A stretch of DNA of 64,000 nt, from assembly GCA_964621025.1 (NCBI GenBank), contig CAZUKQ010000001.1, positions 79,288 to 143,287 of the forward strand, given 5' to 3'. The translations under genes were made by a program, and so were the position numbers. The stretch comes from Candidatus Woesearchaeota archaeon. Its GTDB lineage: Archaea > Nanobdellota > Nanobdellia > Pacearchaeales > GW2011-AR1. Positions 35,627 through 45,384 of this stretch are shown here, one piece after another. The first letter of the stretch is position 1, and the number at the start of each line of letters is the position of its first letter. The notes under the pieces are model-generated. The model did no database searches. It saw nothing but the letters and a program-made list of their open reading frames with translations, and was not told the origin of the DNA.

Positions 35627-35956
35627 CTAATTCGGAAAATCTAGAGAAGCTCGAATGTATCCACAAGTATCCTGACAATTTCTTAAATGACTTACTAGTT
35701 TCTTCCGAACATGTATAGGATATGTGTTAAACTTGTCAAGTCCCAAATAAACCGAAGGAACACTGTCTTCTACAAAATTTAGGTGATAGCCAATATTTGC
35801 TACGAAAGCCAACTTTGAAAGAAAAGTCTCATCTTCTAAAAATTCGCATAGTGTTTTGTCTTGAGACATTCCTTCGACTACAGGTCTTATCCATCTTTCT
35901 ACGTCAGAGAATACTGGCATAGGAAAGTGGAATGTTGTTATCTGTGTTTTTTCCAT
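35627..35956 (-). CDS. Hypothetical protein (109 aa)
   Basis: ORF located 43 nt upstream of the RHH gene on the same strand. Confidence 0.45.
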   Translation of the reverse strand: MEKTQITTFHFPMPVFSDVERWIRPVVEGMSQDKTLCEFLEDETFLSKLAFVANIGYHLNFVEDSVPSVYLGLDKFNTYPIHVRKKLVSHLRNCQDTCGYIRASLDFPN

Positions 35957-36038
35957 GAATTATTTAAGAAAATCCACTATTTACAGGTTGTCCATTGGGA
36001 ATATATAAATCAATATACTCAATAGTGAGAATATTGCC

Positions 36039-36054
36039 AAAAGCTTTAAATATA
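36039..36054 (+). promoter_or_regulatory. BRE/TATA element (AAAAGCTTTAAATATA)
   Basis: Lies about 29 nt upstream of ATG 36074, which implies a leaderless or near-leaderless mRNA. Confidence 0.45.
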
Positions 36055-36073
36055 TCTCTATATTGTTTATTTT

Positions 36074-37060
36074 ATGAGAAGAAAAATTATCCGACAAGGC
36101 CATAACACTATGACCTTAACCTTGCCTAGTGAATGGACAAAAAGATTTAATTTGCAAGCTGGAAGCGAAGTTGAAGTTATGGAGAAAGATAATGGATTGT
36201 TTATTAGTACTGAAAAAAATTCTTCCCATAAAAAAGCAGAGTTAAACATCGATGGTTTAGACATCCCTACAATCTGGAAATATTTTATGGCAGTCTACAG
36301 AGAAGGTTATGATGAAATTGTTGTTAAATTCTCTCCCGAACTTAAATTACCAAGTCCTTATATGTTTTTTTCAAAAAGAAAGTTGGATTTGAAGTTTAAG
36401 AAAGAAAGCGAAAGAAAAACCGGCGTAGACTTTCTAAGTGAGTTAGTCAGTAGATTTATTGGTTTAGAGATTGTTGACTATGGAAAAGATTACGTGACTA
36501 TAAAAGACATGACAGAACCAACTTCGAAAGAATTTGATAACTCTTTGAGAAGAATTTTCTTGTTAATACAACAGATGGTTGATGAAATAGTTGAAGCTCT
36601 AAAATCTGAAAATACAATGTCTCTGGAACATATTCACAGTGTAGATATCAACATCGACAAATTCCACGATTACTGTGTAAGAATATTAAACAAAATGGGA
36701 AACAAAGAATCTAGGAAAACTTCGTTACTTTATTCTAGTCTGTTCCTGTTAGAAATGATGGGCGATGAATTCAAAGCTATTTCCCAACATCTAATTCAAG
36801 ACTACTCTAAAATGTCTTTCAAAGGAGTAGAAAATTTTATGGATTCTATAAAAAAAGGAATCTATCTTTACTATGATTTATTTTACAAATTCAATAAAGA
36901 GACAGTAGTTAAAATGTCTGAACTTGATAAAGAAAGATATTTTGGTTTGGAGAAAAACAAAATAAAGAAAGCTGAAGAACAAGAACTATTCCATCATTTG
37001 AGATTAATAGGTAAGTATCTTAACGCTCTTCTTGAATTAAGAATAGAAATGGAATTCTAA
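36074..37060 (+). CDS. AbrB/SpoVT-domain plus PhoU-like regulator
   Basis: N-terminal RRKIIRQGHNTMTLTLPSEWTKRFNLQAGSEVEV (AbrB-like swapped hairpin). The helical remainder has the archaeal PhoU-homolog architecture. Confidence 0.7.
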   Translation: MRRKIIRQGHNTMTLTLPSEWTKRFNLQAGSEVEVMEKDNGLFISTEKNSSHKKAELNIDGLDIPTIWKYFMAVYREGYDEIVVKFSPELKLPSPYMFFSKRKLDLKFKKESERKTGVDFLSELVSRFIGLEIVDYGKDYVTIKDMTEPTSKEFDNSLRRIFLLIQQMVDEIVEALKSENTMSLEHIHSVDINIDKFHDYCVRILNKMGNKESRKTSLLYSSLFLLEMMGDEFKAISQHLIQDYSKMSFKGVENFMDSIKKGIYLYYDLFYKFNKETVVKMSELDKERYFGLEKNKIKKAEEQELFHHLRLIGKYLNALLELRIEMEF

Positions 37061-37063
37061 CAA

Positions 37064-38119
37064 TTACTTATCTAAACTTGCTAATTCCTCAAATAACTTT
37101 GTCTGGGCTTTCGTTAATTTTTTAGGCGTCTTAACTAGAATATTGATAAATTGGTCTCCTCTGTGATTTGGATTTTTTAAGAAAGGAATACCTTGTCCCT
37201 TCAGTCTTAAAATACTGGATGACTGCGTTCCCGGAGCTACTTTAATTTTTATTTCAGAAGATAACGTTGGAATTGTAATTTCGCTTCCTAGAGCTGCCTG
37301 AGAAAAGCTGATGGATGTTTCCATATGAACATCAAACCCTTCTCTTTTGAAAATTTTGTGGGGTTTAACAGTTATTACCAAAAACAAATTTCCTTCAGAA
37401 CCATTTCTTATTGCGTTGCCTCCTCCGTTAATTCTCAATGTTTGACCATCGTCAATTCCGGCAGGAATCTTAACCTTAACTTTTTCCTTACTATTTAAAA
37501 TTCCTAAACCCCCACAACTTAAACATTTATTTTCAGGAATCTGTCCTTCTCCATCACAATTATCACATCTGACTGTTTGACTAATGACTCCAAAAGGTGT
37601 TCTTTGGTTTATTTTTAGTCTACCTTGGCCATTACATTTGTAACATTTTTTTAATTTTTTATCTATTGCTCCAGTTCCGCTACACTTTTCGCAAGTAATA
37701 TCTTTTTTAATAAAAATTTCTTTTTCGCATCCGAATACTGCTTCAGTAAATTCTATATTTAATCCATATCGTAGGTCTTCACCAACCATAGAATCTTCAT
37801 CTTCATAAAATTGATTTCCAAAAGAACCATTTCTTAATAAATCTCTTAAGATATCTGAAAAATCTCCTTCTTGAGAACCTTGTCTTTGATTAAATTGGCT
37901 TCTTTCTCCGGCGTCATATTTCTTTCTTTTTGTTTCGTCACTCAAAATGCTATATGCTTCATTTATCTCTTTAAATCTGTCTTCGTGTTCTTTCTTCTTA
38001 TCCTGTGTAGCTTTATCTGGATGAAAATTTAATGCTAATTTTTTATAAGCCTTTTTAATAGTTTCAGCAGAATCTGTTTTCTTTACTCCTAATATTTCGT
38101 AATAATCTTTTTTTACCAT
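37064..38119 (-). CDS. dnaJ: Chaperone DnaJ (type I)
   Basis: J domain DYYEILGV...HPDK and four CxxCxGxG-type zinc motifs. Confidence 0.9.
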   Translation of the reverse strand: MVKKDYYEILGVKKTDSAETIKKAYKKLALNFHPDKATQDKKKEHEDRFKEINEAYSILSDETKRKKYDAGERSQFNQRQGSQEGDFSDILRDLLRNGSFGNQFYEDEDSMVGEDLRYGLNIEFTEAVFGCEKEIFIKKDITCEKCSGTGAIDKKLKKCYKCNGQGRLKINQRTPFGVISQTVRCDNCDGEGQIPENKCLSCGGLGILNSKEKVKVKIPAGIDDGQTLRINGGGNAIRNGSEGNLFLVITVKPHKIFKREGFDVHMETSISFSQAALGSEITIPTLSSEIKIKVAPGTQSSSILRLKGQGIPFLKNPNHRGDQFINILVKTPKKLTKAQTKLFEELASLDK

Positions 38120-38145
38120 AGTAATTTAGAAAATTTTAATAAAAT

Positions 38146-39945
38146 TTATTTTTTATCATCTACTACTTCTGCGTCTACTACTTTTGAATCAGCCTTTGCG
38201 CTATTCTGTTCTTCCTGTTGTTTAGCCGAATGTTCATAGATTTTTACTCCAAGCTCTTGAGAAACTACCTTTACATTCTCTATTTTTACTTTAATCTTTT
38301 CTGTATTGCCACCCTTTAAGGATTCTGCTAATTCGTCTATTACTTCTTGTATTTTAGCAATTGTTTCTTTGTCTACTTTATCCTTATATTCTGCAATCAT
38401 TTTTTCAGTAGCATAAATTAATGACTCTGCTTCATTCTTAGCCAAGATTAAATCTCTTTTCTTAAGATCTTCTTCTTTAAATTTCTCAGAATCTTTAATC
38501 ATTGATTCAATTTCTTTTTCGGTTAGAGAACCACCTGTAACTACTATTTTTTGTTCTTTACCTGTTCCTAAATCTTTAGCCGAAACTTTTACAATACCAT
38601 TAGTGTCAATATCAAAGGTAACCTCTATTTGTGGAATGCCTCTTGGAGCAGGAACTATTCCAACTAAATCAAATTGACCCAGAGATTTATTGTCTTCAGC
38701 CATTTCTCTTTCACCTTGTAAAACATTTATTGTTACAGCGTGTTGACCGTCAGCAGCAGTTGTAAAAATCTCACTTTTTCTTGTAGGAATAGTTGTATTT
38801 CGGTCTATTAAAGAAACTTTAAGTCCACCAACAGTTTCAATTCCTAAGGTTAAAGGTGTTACGTCTAAAAGTAAAATGTCTTTTACATCTCCACTGATAA
38901 TCGCGCCCTGTATTGCTGCACCAAGTGAAACAGCTTCGTCAGGGTTAACAGATTTATCCGGAACTAAACCAGTAATTTCTTCAACTAACTTTTGAACTTT
39001 AGGAATTCTTGTACTTCCACCAACTAAAATAACTTTGTCAATTTTAGGATTCTTAGCATCTTTTATTGCTTGCTTTGTTGGATTTTTTAATCTTTCAAAA
39101 ATAGGTTCACAAATTTTTTCAAAATTTGCTCTTGTTAAGTTAACATCTAAATGCTTTGGACCATCTGTTCCAGCAGAAAGATATGGAATAGTTATTTTTG
39201 TTTGTTGAGATGAACTAAGTTCTATTTTTGCTTTTTCGGATGCATCTCTAAGTCTTTGTAAAGCAACTAAATCATTTTTTAGGTCAATTCCGTTTTCTTT
39301 TTTGAATTCGCTAACTAGGAAATCTATTAAAAGATTGTCTATGTCGTCGCCACCTAGGAAGTTGTCTCCGCTTGTAGCTTTTACTTCAAAAATTCCGCCA
39401 CCGAGTTCTAAAATAGAAACATCGAAAGTTCCACCACCAAAATCAAAAACTAAAATTGTGTGATCATGAGATTTGTCTAAACCGTAAGCTAATGCTGCTG
39501 CTGTTGGTTCGTTGATTATTCTTTTTACATTTAAACCTGCAATAACGCCTGCGTCTTTTGTTGCATTTCTTTGTGCATCTCCAAAATAAGCTGGAACAGT
39601 TATTACTGCGTCAGTTACTTCGTGACCTAAATATGCTTCTGCGTCTTTTTTTAATTTTTGTAAAATCATTGCAGAAACTTGCTCAGGAGTGTATTCTTTA
39701 TCACCAACTACGGACATTTTTTTAGTGCCCATTGCTCTTTTGATACTTCTAATTGTGCTTTTATAATTTGCAACTGCTCCTCTTTTAGCGACGTCACCAA
39801 CTACAATTTCATTACCGTTTATGGAGACAACGCTAGGAGTAGTGTTATTCCCTTCTGTGTTTGGTATGATTTTTGGTCTTCCCCCTTCCATTACGCTTAC
39901 TGCCGAAAATGTTGTACCTAAATCAATTCCTATAATTTTATTCAT
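38146..39945 (-). CDS. dnaK: Chaperone DnaK (Hsp70)
   Basis: [37 protein letters not shown]. Confidence 0.95.
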   Translation of the reverse strand: MNKIIGIDLGTTFSAVSVMEGGRPKIIPNTEGNNTTPSVVSINGNEIVVGDVAKRGAVANYKSTIRSIKRAMGTKKMSVVGDKEYTPEQVSAMILQKLKKDAEAYLGHEVTDAVITVPAYFGDAQRNATKDAGVIAGLNVKRIINEPTAAALAYGLDKSHDHTILVFDFGGGTFDVSILELGGGIFEVKATSGDNFLGGDDIDNLLIDFLVSEFKKENGIDLKNDLVALQRLRDASEKAKIELSSSQQTKITIPYLSAGTDGPKHLDVNLTRANFEKICEPIFERLKNPTKQAIKDAKNPKIDKVILVGGSTRIPKVQKLVEEITGLVPDKSVNPDEAVSLGAAIQGAIISGDVKDILLLDVTPLTLGIETVGGLKVSLIDRNTTIPTRKSEIFTTAADGQHAVTINVLQGEREMAEDNKSLGQFDLVGIVPAPRGIPQIEVTFDIDTNGIVKVSAKDLGTGKEQKIVVTGGSLTEKEIESMIKDSEKFKEEDLKKRDLILAKNEAESLIYATEKMIAEYKDKVDKETIAKIQEVIDELAESLKGGNTEKIKVKIENVKVVSQELGVKIYEHSAKQQEEQNSAKADSKVVDAEVVDDKK

Positions 39946-40481
39946 TTTTTCTCCGTTAGCTTACTAATTTTAACTTTTGATGCCCTTAAAAGCTTATGGT
40001 TCAACAAATAACCTTTTTGAAGTTCTTCTAAGATAACTCCTTCTTGTTTTCCGTCGACCTTGATTATTGCTTCATGAATATTTGGGTTGAAAGGTCCTTT
40101 TGTGTCAATTACTTTTAAACCTTGCTTTGCAAGAACTTTATTCAACTCTTCATAAATTAATCTCACACCCTTGTCATTGTTGTGTTTTAGAGATAATTCA
40201 AAATTGTCTAGAACTGTTAACAAATCATAAATTAGATTTGCGTTTGCGTTAATTATATTTTCTTGTTTTTCTTTTTCAGTTCTTTTTCTGAAGTTTTCAA
40301 ATTCTGCCTGTTGTCTCGCAATTTTATCTAAATATTCTGCTTCTTTATTTTCTACTACCGGATTATCAGAAGTTTGTAAAACACTTAGAATTTTTTCTAA
40401 CATTGCTGCGCCTTCAGCTTCGTCTGCTTCGCTAAGTTTTTCGTTTTCCTGGTTTTTTTCTGTTTTTTTGCTTTCTACCAT
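39942..40481 (-). CDS. grpE: Nucleotide exchange factor GrpE
   Basis: AEFENFRKR motif. ATGA overlap with dnaK. Confidence 0.85.
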   Translation of the reverse strand: MVESKKTEKNQENEKLSEADEAEGAAMLEKILSVLQTSDNPVVENKEAEYLDKIARQQAEFENFRKRTEKEKQENIINANANLIYDLLTVLDNFELSLKHNNDKGVRLIYEELNKVLAKQGLKVIDTKGPFNPNIHEAIIKVDGKQEGVILEELQKGYLLNHKLLRASKVKISKLTEKK

Positions 40482-40573
40482 AGTTTATCGTTTGCATAAT
40501 CCCTTTTAAAGGATTGTATTTTCAAATTTCTTCAATAGCCTATCTTTATAAACGCTTTTTTGAGTATATTTTC

Positions 40574-41107
40574 ATGGTTAAAATTAAAGGCAATGAAATA
40601 GCTGCACCAAATATTATGGGCTCCTATGATCGAAAGGCAGTTCAAATACAGAATCATATAGTTGAAACTTTAAGACAAATCGGAATCGAAAGAGATAATG
40701 TTCATATAGAAATGGAAAAAGTTGCGCAAAGAAAGGCTCCAGCTTCTGCATCTTGGTACTTTAATGGTAGAAATATGAAGTATAGTTATGCGCTTATGCC
40801 TCGGTTTGTTGAAAATCTTTATATTATTGACAAAGTTTTGAGACTTGAAGTTGAAAAATTACTTAACGAAGAAATAAACACTGATCAATTTACTCGTGAA
40901 TTTTCCGAGGACGATGACCTGAACGAACAACTTCTGGAAGCAAGAAAAACTTTAGGTGTGAGTGCTGATGAGAAAGATTTTGAATTAATAAGTAAAAAGT
41001 ATAAAGAGTTGGCTAAAGAATGTCATCCAGATATGCCTGACGGAGACCATATACTTTTCCAAAAGATTAACGCTGCTCACAAATTAATTAAAAAAGAATT
41101 AACTTAA
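40574..41107 (+). CDS. Protein with C-terminal J-domain-like segment (HPD present)
   Basis: Re-started at ATG 40574 (MVKIKGNEI), about 22 nt after the TATA box CTTTATAAAC. C-terminus ISKKYKELAKECHPDMPDGDHILFQKINAAHKLI. Confidence 0.55.
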   Translation: MVKIKGNEIAAPNIMGSYDRKAVQIQNHIVETLRQIGIERDNVHIEMEKVAQRKAPASASWYFNGRNMKYSYALMPRFVENLYIIDKVLRLEVEKLLNEEINTDQFTREFSEDDDLNEQLLEARKTLGVSADEKDFELISKKYKELAKECHPDMPDGDHILFQKINAAHKLIKKELT

Positions 41108-41108
41108 A

Positions 41109-41327
41109 TTATCTTCGTCTTCTTCTGCCTTTTCCTTTTTTAGCCTGAGATTTTTTGTATCTTTCTCTCGGTTTATTGTTTATTGTTCTAGTTCTTTCCT
41201 GTCTTCTCTCACCTTGTGCAGAATATCTTTGTTGAGTTATTCCTAACTTCTTCAGATTTTGCATACTTCTTTTTGACTTACTTCTCTGAACTAAACCCTT
41301 ATTACGAATTGCTATACTTGTGTCCAT
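41109..41327 (-). CDS. Extremely basic 72-aa protein ending in RRRRR
   Basis: ORF with a minus-strand TATA-like CATTATATAGC about 25 nt upstream. More than one third of residues are Arg or Lys. Confidence 0.35.
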   Translation of the reverse strand: MDTSIAIRNKGLVQRSKSKRSMQNLKKLGITQQRYSAQGERRQERTRTINNKPRERYKKSQAKKGKGRRRRR

Positions 41328-41469
41328 GAAATAATTAGTTTAGCTAGCTATATAATGTTTTTGGGAGAAAGTAACTTTAGAAAAATAGATTTAAATTAGA
41401 TAATCCGAGAGAATAAATTGAAGTTGTTAATTAAGCAAGATTTAAATAATTAGTGACGTGATTATATAC

Positions 41470-44400
41470 ATGAAGAATAGAAAAAGAGATTTTTTTCTAG
41501 GTGCTGTTGCGTTTGTTTTTTGTTTATTCTTAATTTTACTTTTTTCTTCAAATTTTCATCTTACGGGTAATGTTATCCTTGCTGGAAATGGAACAGAAGA
41601 AGATCCTTTTCTAATAACTAACTGTACAGAGCTTCAAGCGATGAACGAAAACTTATCTGCGAGTTATAAACTGAATAACAGCATAGATATGGCTTCTGTT
41701 GACTGTGAAGTTTTTCAAAGTGGGACCGGTTTTGAACCTATTGGTAATATGTATTTGTCTGGAGACCCTGAAGATGCAGAAGTATTTATGGGTTCATTCG
41801 ATGGCCAAGGATATTTTATCTCTAACCTGTTCATTAACGAAACTAGTGCGGCAGGTGCAGGTTTATTTGGTACAACTTCTGGTGCACAAATTTTGGATTT
41901 AATTGTTGTAAATTCCACAGTAATTGGCGGAAATTTTACCGGAGGAATAGTCGGTTATTCTTCATTTAGTACCCTAACAAATGTTTCATACGAAGGAAAT
42001 ATTTATGGTGGAGAATATGTTGGAGGATTAATCGGTATTGGAATTTTGGGAAACATCGAAGATTCTTTCTTTAGGGGGAATGTAACTGCTTATAATTATT
42101 CAGGAGGTTTGGCAGGAGTTACAGCAGATATAGAATTAGCTAATTCTTACTATAATTATGAGTCTTCCTTTTTTAATGGAAGAACTAAAATATCTCCCGG
42201 AGCTTTATCTTCTTCTCAATTTAATAGTTGGTTAGAGAATGGAAAATCTTTAGATGAGAATGATTATTTTACTAGTGATGGTGAGTATTACTTAATAAAC
42301 AATGTTTCTGACTTTAAAAATTTCTTGGCTTTTAGTTCTGACGCTTATAGTTCTTTTAAACTTACTGTGGATTTGGATTTATTAAATGAAAAAAATTTCT
42401 ACATACCTTTTCTTGAGTCTACATTTGAGGGTAATGGAAAAACTATAAGAAATTTGAATGTTAATGATTCTTCGGCATATTACTTAGGTCTATTTGGAGA
42501 TATTCCCTATGGCACGGGAGAGATCTATAATCTTACCTTAGAAAATGTTTCTATTGTTGGAAGTATTTATGTTGGAAGTATTGCTGGTTCTAGTGGGGGG
42601 GAAATTCACAATTCGTCAAGTTCCGGAAGTGTTCGTGGTAAGTCCTATGTTGGTGGTCTAGTCGGATCTAACTTTGGAGGGATTTATGATTCTTATTCTA
42701 TTAGTAATGTCTCTGGTGAGGAAATGTTTGGTGGATTGACAGGTTATTATTCAAGTGCTTCATACGAACTGGTGGAAAATTCTTTTTATGACTATGACAA
42801 ATCTTTTATCAACGGAGAAAAGGTAATTGGAAGATATGCCCTTTATGGTGATAAGTTAGATAGCTGGTTAGAGAATGGAAAATTTTTAGATGTGAATGAT
42901 TATTTGACTAAGTATGGATATGATTATTTGATTACTAATGTTTCAGATTTGAAAAATTTAATTTATTTTGGGTATAATGAAAGCTTATCCTTCTTACTCA
43001 CAGATAATATTGACTTACTAAATGAAAAAGATTTCTATATACCTGTTTTAGCAGGAGAGTTTGATGGTGATGGATATATTATAAGAAATTTAAATGTGAA
43101 TAGGTCTTCAGTAATTTACTTAGGTTTATTTGGTGAAAATTTGGGAGAAATCTCTAGGTTGGGTTTAGAAAATGTTTCGGTAGATGGTAGAGAATATGTC
43201 GGAGGCTTAACGGGCTTGAATGGATATCTTATAAGAGATGTTTATGTTTCTGGTTTGGTTAATGGTGATTATTCTGTCGGAGGATTGGTAGGATATAATG
43301 ATGAAAATGTTATTAATTCCTACGCTGTTGTAAATGTTTCGGAATATAGTGGGGGTCTTATTGGTGACAACCGATACTGTGACAATGTGATAAACTCTTA
43401 TTATAATGAGGAGTTTGTGGAGTCGGATAACTCCTGGTATGATCATTGTAATCAGTCTAGAACAAGAGCTCAAATGAAATCTTCTTTAACCTTTAGTGGT
43501 TGGGACTTTGGAAATATCTGGGGAATGAATGAAAGTGGTTCTTATCCTTATTTAGGAAATCCTGGAATTACTGATACCTCTTCACCGGTTATTACTTTGA
43601 TAGGTGGCTCAAGCACTCCCGTTACCACTTCATTACTTTGGGAGATTGACAGACTATCTGATGCAACGGTGAGATGGGGAATAAATAGTAGCATGACAAA
43701 CATTGCTGTTAATCAAAGTTATCTACCAAATCACACGGTTCTTTTAGCACCTTTAACTGCTTCTACAACTTACTATTACAACATCACTAGTTGTAATATG
43801 GCCGGACTTTGTTCTAGCTCTGGAATTTATAATTTTACAACTCCTGCATCTAGTAGTGGGCAGAGTTCTGGTGGTGCTAATAATGATAATGAGACTATAT
43901 CCACCTATACTTTAAGCGCTGCTAAATTTTCAGTAGGCTTCACAAAACTATTAGGTGTTGGGGACAGAATCTCTTTCCCTCTGGGTTCTGAAAATCATTT
44001 ACTAACACTAAAAAATATCACAACTGAAAAAGCTACCATCCTAGTTTCTTCAACACCACAAACTAATATTTTGGAAATTGGGGATGATTGGGAAATAGAT
44101 CTTGATGCTGATGGGAATTATGATACTTTGGTAGAACTTAAGAATATCACTGTTGGGCAAGGAGCTACAGTAAGCATAACATCTCTTGTTACTGAGTCCT
44201 TACCTGTTCCAGTTACAAATAATTCAGTGATAAATAATGAAAGTACTACTACAGGAACAGACTTAGTAATGAAAACTGCAGAGGAGGTAGCAAACAAGGA
44301 AAATAATTTTAACTGGCTTTTGATTGGTGGTTTGATTGTATTAATCTTAGCAGTAATTATAGCAATCGTCGTAGTTTTAAATTCGAAAAGAAAAGCAGAA

Positions 44401-44718
44401 GATGAAGAACAAGATTTGTTGAAACAAGATTTGGAAAAAAGAAGACTGGAAAGTGAGAGATTGCAAAATGAAACTAAGAAAACAGCTGTTCCAGAAGTTG
44501 TTGAAAAAAAAGAAGAAAAAATAATTGCCCCAGTAATAAATCCTGCTATCGATGAAATTAATAAACTCTTAGACAAAAGTTTGGAAGAACATAAAAAAAA
44601 GAATGAGGTATTTGCAATAAAATACTACAACCAGGCTATCAGAAAGTTTAAAGAAAATAATCTTACTGACCAAAAGACATTGGAACGACTAAAATCCATC
44701 TCTGTACTTCTTTTATAA
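41470..44718 (+). CDS. Large surface protein with GLUG-type repeats, beta-sandwich domain, C-terminal TM anchor and charged tail
   Basis: Re-started at ATG 41470, 29 nt after TTTAAATA (41441). Signal/TM at the N-terminus. Recurrent F(D/E)GxG..I.NL...GLFG and YVGGL(V/T/I)G motifs and many N-x-S/T sequons. TM helix WLLIGGLIVLILAVIIAIVVVL. Confidence 0.75.
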   Translation: MKNRKRDFFLGAVAFVFCLFLILLFSSNFHLTGNVILAGNGTEEDPFLITNCTELQAMNENLSASYKLNNSIDMASVDCEVFQSGTGFEPIGNMYLSGDPEDAEVFMGSFDGQGYFISNLFINETSAAGAGLFGTTSGAQILDLIVVNSTVIGGNFTGGIVGYSSFSTLTNVSYEGNIYGGEYVGGLIGIGILGNIEDSFFRGNVTAYNYSGGLAGVTADIELANSYYNYESSFFNGRTKISPGALSSSQFNSWLENGKSLDENDYFTSDGEYYLINNVSDFKNFLAFSSDAYSSFKLTVDLDLLNEKNFYIPFLESTFEGNGKTIRNLNVNDSSAYYLGLFGDIPYGTGEIYNLTLENVSIVGSIYVGSIAGSSGGEIHNSSSSGSVRGKSYVGGLVGSNFGGIYDSYSISNVSGEEMFGGLTGYYSSASYELVENSFYDYDKSFINGEKVIGRYALYGDKLDSWLENGKFLDVNDYLTKYGYDYLITNVSDLKNLIYFGYNESLSFLLTDNIDLLNEKDFYIPVLAGEFDGDGYIIRNLNVNRSSVIYLGLFGENLGEISRLGLENVSVDGREYVGGLTGLNGYLIRDVYVSGLVNGDYSVGGLVGYNDENVINSYAVVNVSEYSGGLIGDNRYCDNVINSYYNEEFVESDNSWYDHCNQSRTRAQMKSSLTFSGWDFGNIWGMNESGSYPYLGNPGITDTSSPVITLIGGSSTPVTTSLLWEIDRLSDATVRWGINSSMTNIAVNQSYLPNHTVLLAPLTASTTYYYNITSCNMAGLCSSSGIYNFTTPASSSGQSSGGANNDNETISTYTLSAAKFSVGFTKLLGVGDRISFPLGSENHLLTLKNITTEKATILVSSTPQTNILEIGDDWEIDLDADGNYDTLVELKNITVGQGATVSITSLVTESLPVPVTNNSVINNESTTTGTDLVMKTAEEVANKENNFNWLLIGGLIVLILAVIIAIVVVLNSKRKAEDEEQDLLKQDLEKRRLESERLQNETKKTAVPEVVEKKEEKIIAPVINPAIDEINKLLDKSLEEHKKKNEVFAIKYYNQAIRKFKENNLTDQKTLERLKSISVLLL
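42142..42777 (+). repeat. Intragenic tandem duplication, copy 1 (~212 aa module)
   Basis: NSYYNYESSF...SWLENGKSLDENDYF...NEKNFYIPFLESTFEGNGKTIRNLNVN is collinear with copy 2. It shares identical nt runs with copy 2, such as TGGTTAGAGAATGGAAAAT. Confidence 0.65.
42778..43392 (+). repeat. Intragenic tandem duplication, copy 2 (~205 aa module)
   Basis: NSFYDYDKSF...SWLENGKFLDVNDYL...NEKDFYIPVLAGEFDGDGYIIRNLNVN. Confidence 0.65.
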
Positions 44719-44775
44719 GCCACCCCCTACTCTTCTGAGACTTTTTCTTTGGTTTGCTCTCCAATGTTTGTGAAA

Positions 44776-44849
44776 AGCCACCTCCGAGAATCGAACTCGG
44801 GACCTTTACCTTACCAAGGTAACGCTCTAACCGGCTGAGCTAAGGCGGC
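44776..44849 (-). tRNA. tRNA-Thr (anticodon GGU)
   Basis: Reverse complement GCCGCCTTAGCTCAGCCGGTTAGAGCG-TTACC-TTGGTAA-GGTAA...CCGAG-TTCGATT-CTCGG-AGGTGGC-T. Confidence 0.9.
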
Positions 44850-44904
44850 TGACTTAAATTCCTTGTTAGAGAAGTTTTATAAATTCTACTACAAGATAGT
44901 ATTT

Positions 44905-45384
44905 ATGGAAGAAAAAGAAGTTAAATTTGAAGAATACTACGAACAGCTTAGTAAGAAATACAAACTGCCGAAGTTGAACGAGCTTGAAGAAGACTTTGAT
45001 GTTAGTAAGTTTGAGAAAGAAGACGCAAAATTCTTGGCTAGAAGCATGAGAAGAATCATTGCTGAGAAAGTTGGCGCCTATTCACACTTTTTTGAAATGT
45101 TGATTAATCCTTCTTCACCGCCGGTTTTCATTTATTCTTTCTTGAAAAATATAACACCTAAACAAAAAGATGAAATAAAGAAAATCTACGAAGAACTTGC
45201 GAAAGTTCAGGTTACTCTGATGAAGTTAGACACGGTTTATTCTGAGAAAGCAGAGATTGATTTCATTAATTCTTTCTTCCTTTCTTGGCAAAAGACAAAA
45301 AAAGAAATTTACAATGTTATGACTGAGATAGAAACTAGTTTTGTTAGCGACGCTAAAGCTGGTAAAAGAAGTTATTTAGGTTAA
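44905..45384 (+). CDS. Hypothetical protein (159 aa after re-start)
   Basis: The TATA box AAGTTTTATAAAT (44872-44884) lies inside the ORF-track N-terminus. ATG 44905 (MEEKEVKF) follows it. Confidence 0.5.
   Translation: MEEKEVKFEEYYEQLSKKYKLPKLNELEEDFDVSKFEKEDAKFLARSMRRIIAEKVGAYSHFFEMLINPSSPPVFIYSFLKNITPKQKDEIKKIYEELAKVQVTLMKLDTVYSEKAEIDFINSFFLSWQKTKKEIYNVMTEIETSFVSDAKAGKRSYLG

Noticed and set aside
35473-35718. 81-aa plus-strand ORF
   Set aside because: It overlaps both the minus-strand RHH ORF (35422-35583) and the 109-aa ORF (35627-35956). It begins with TTG, has no TATA or SD signal, and has an implausible Cys/Trp-rich sequence.
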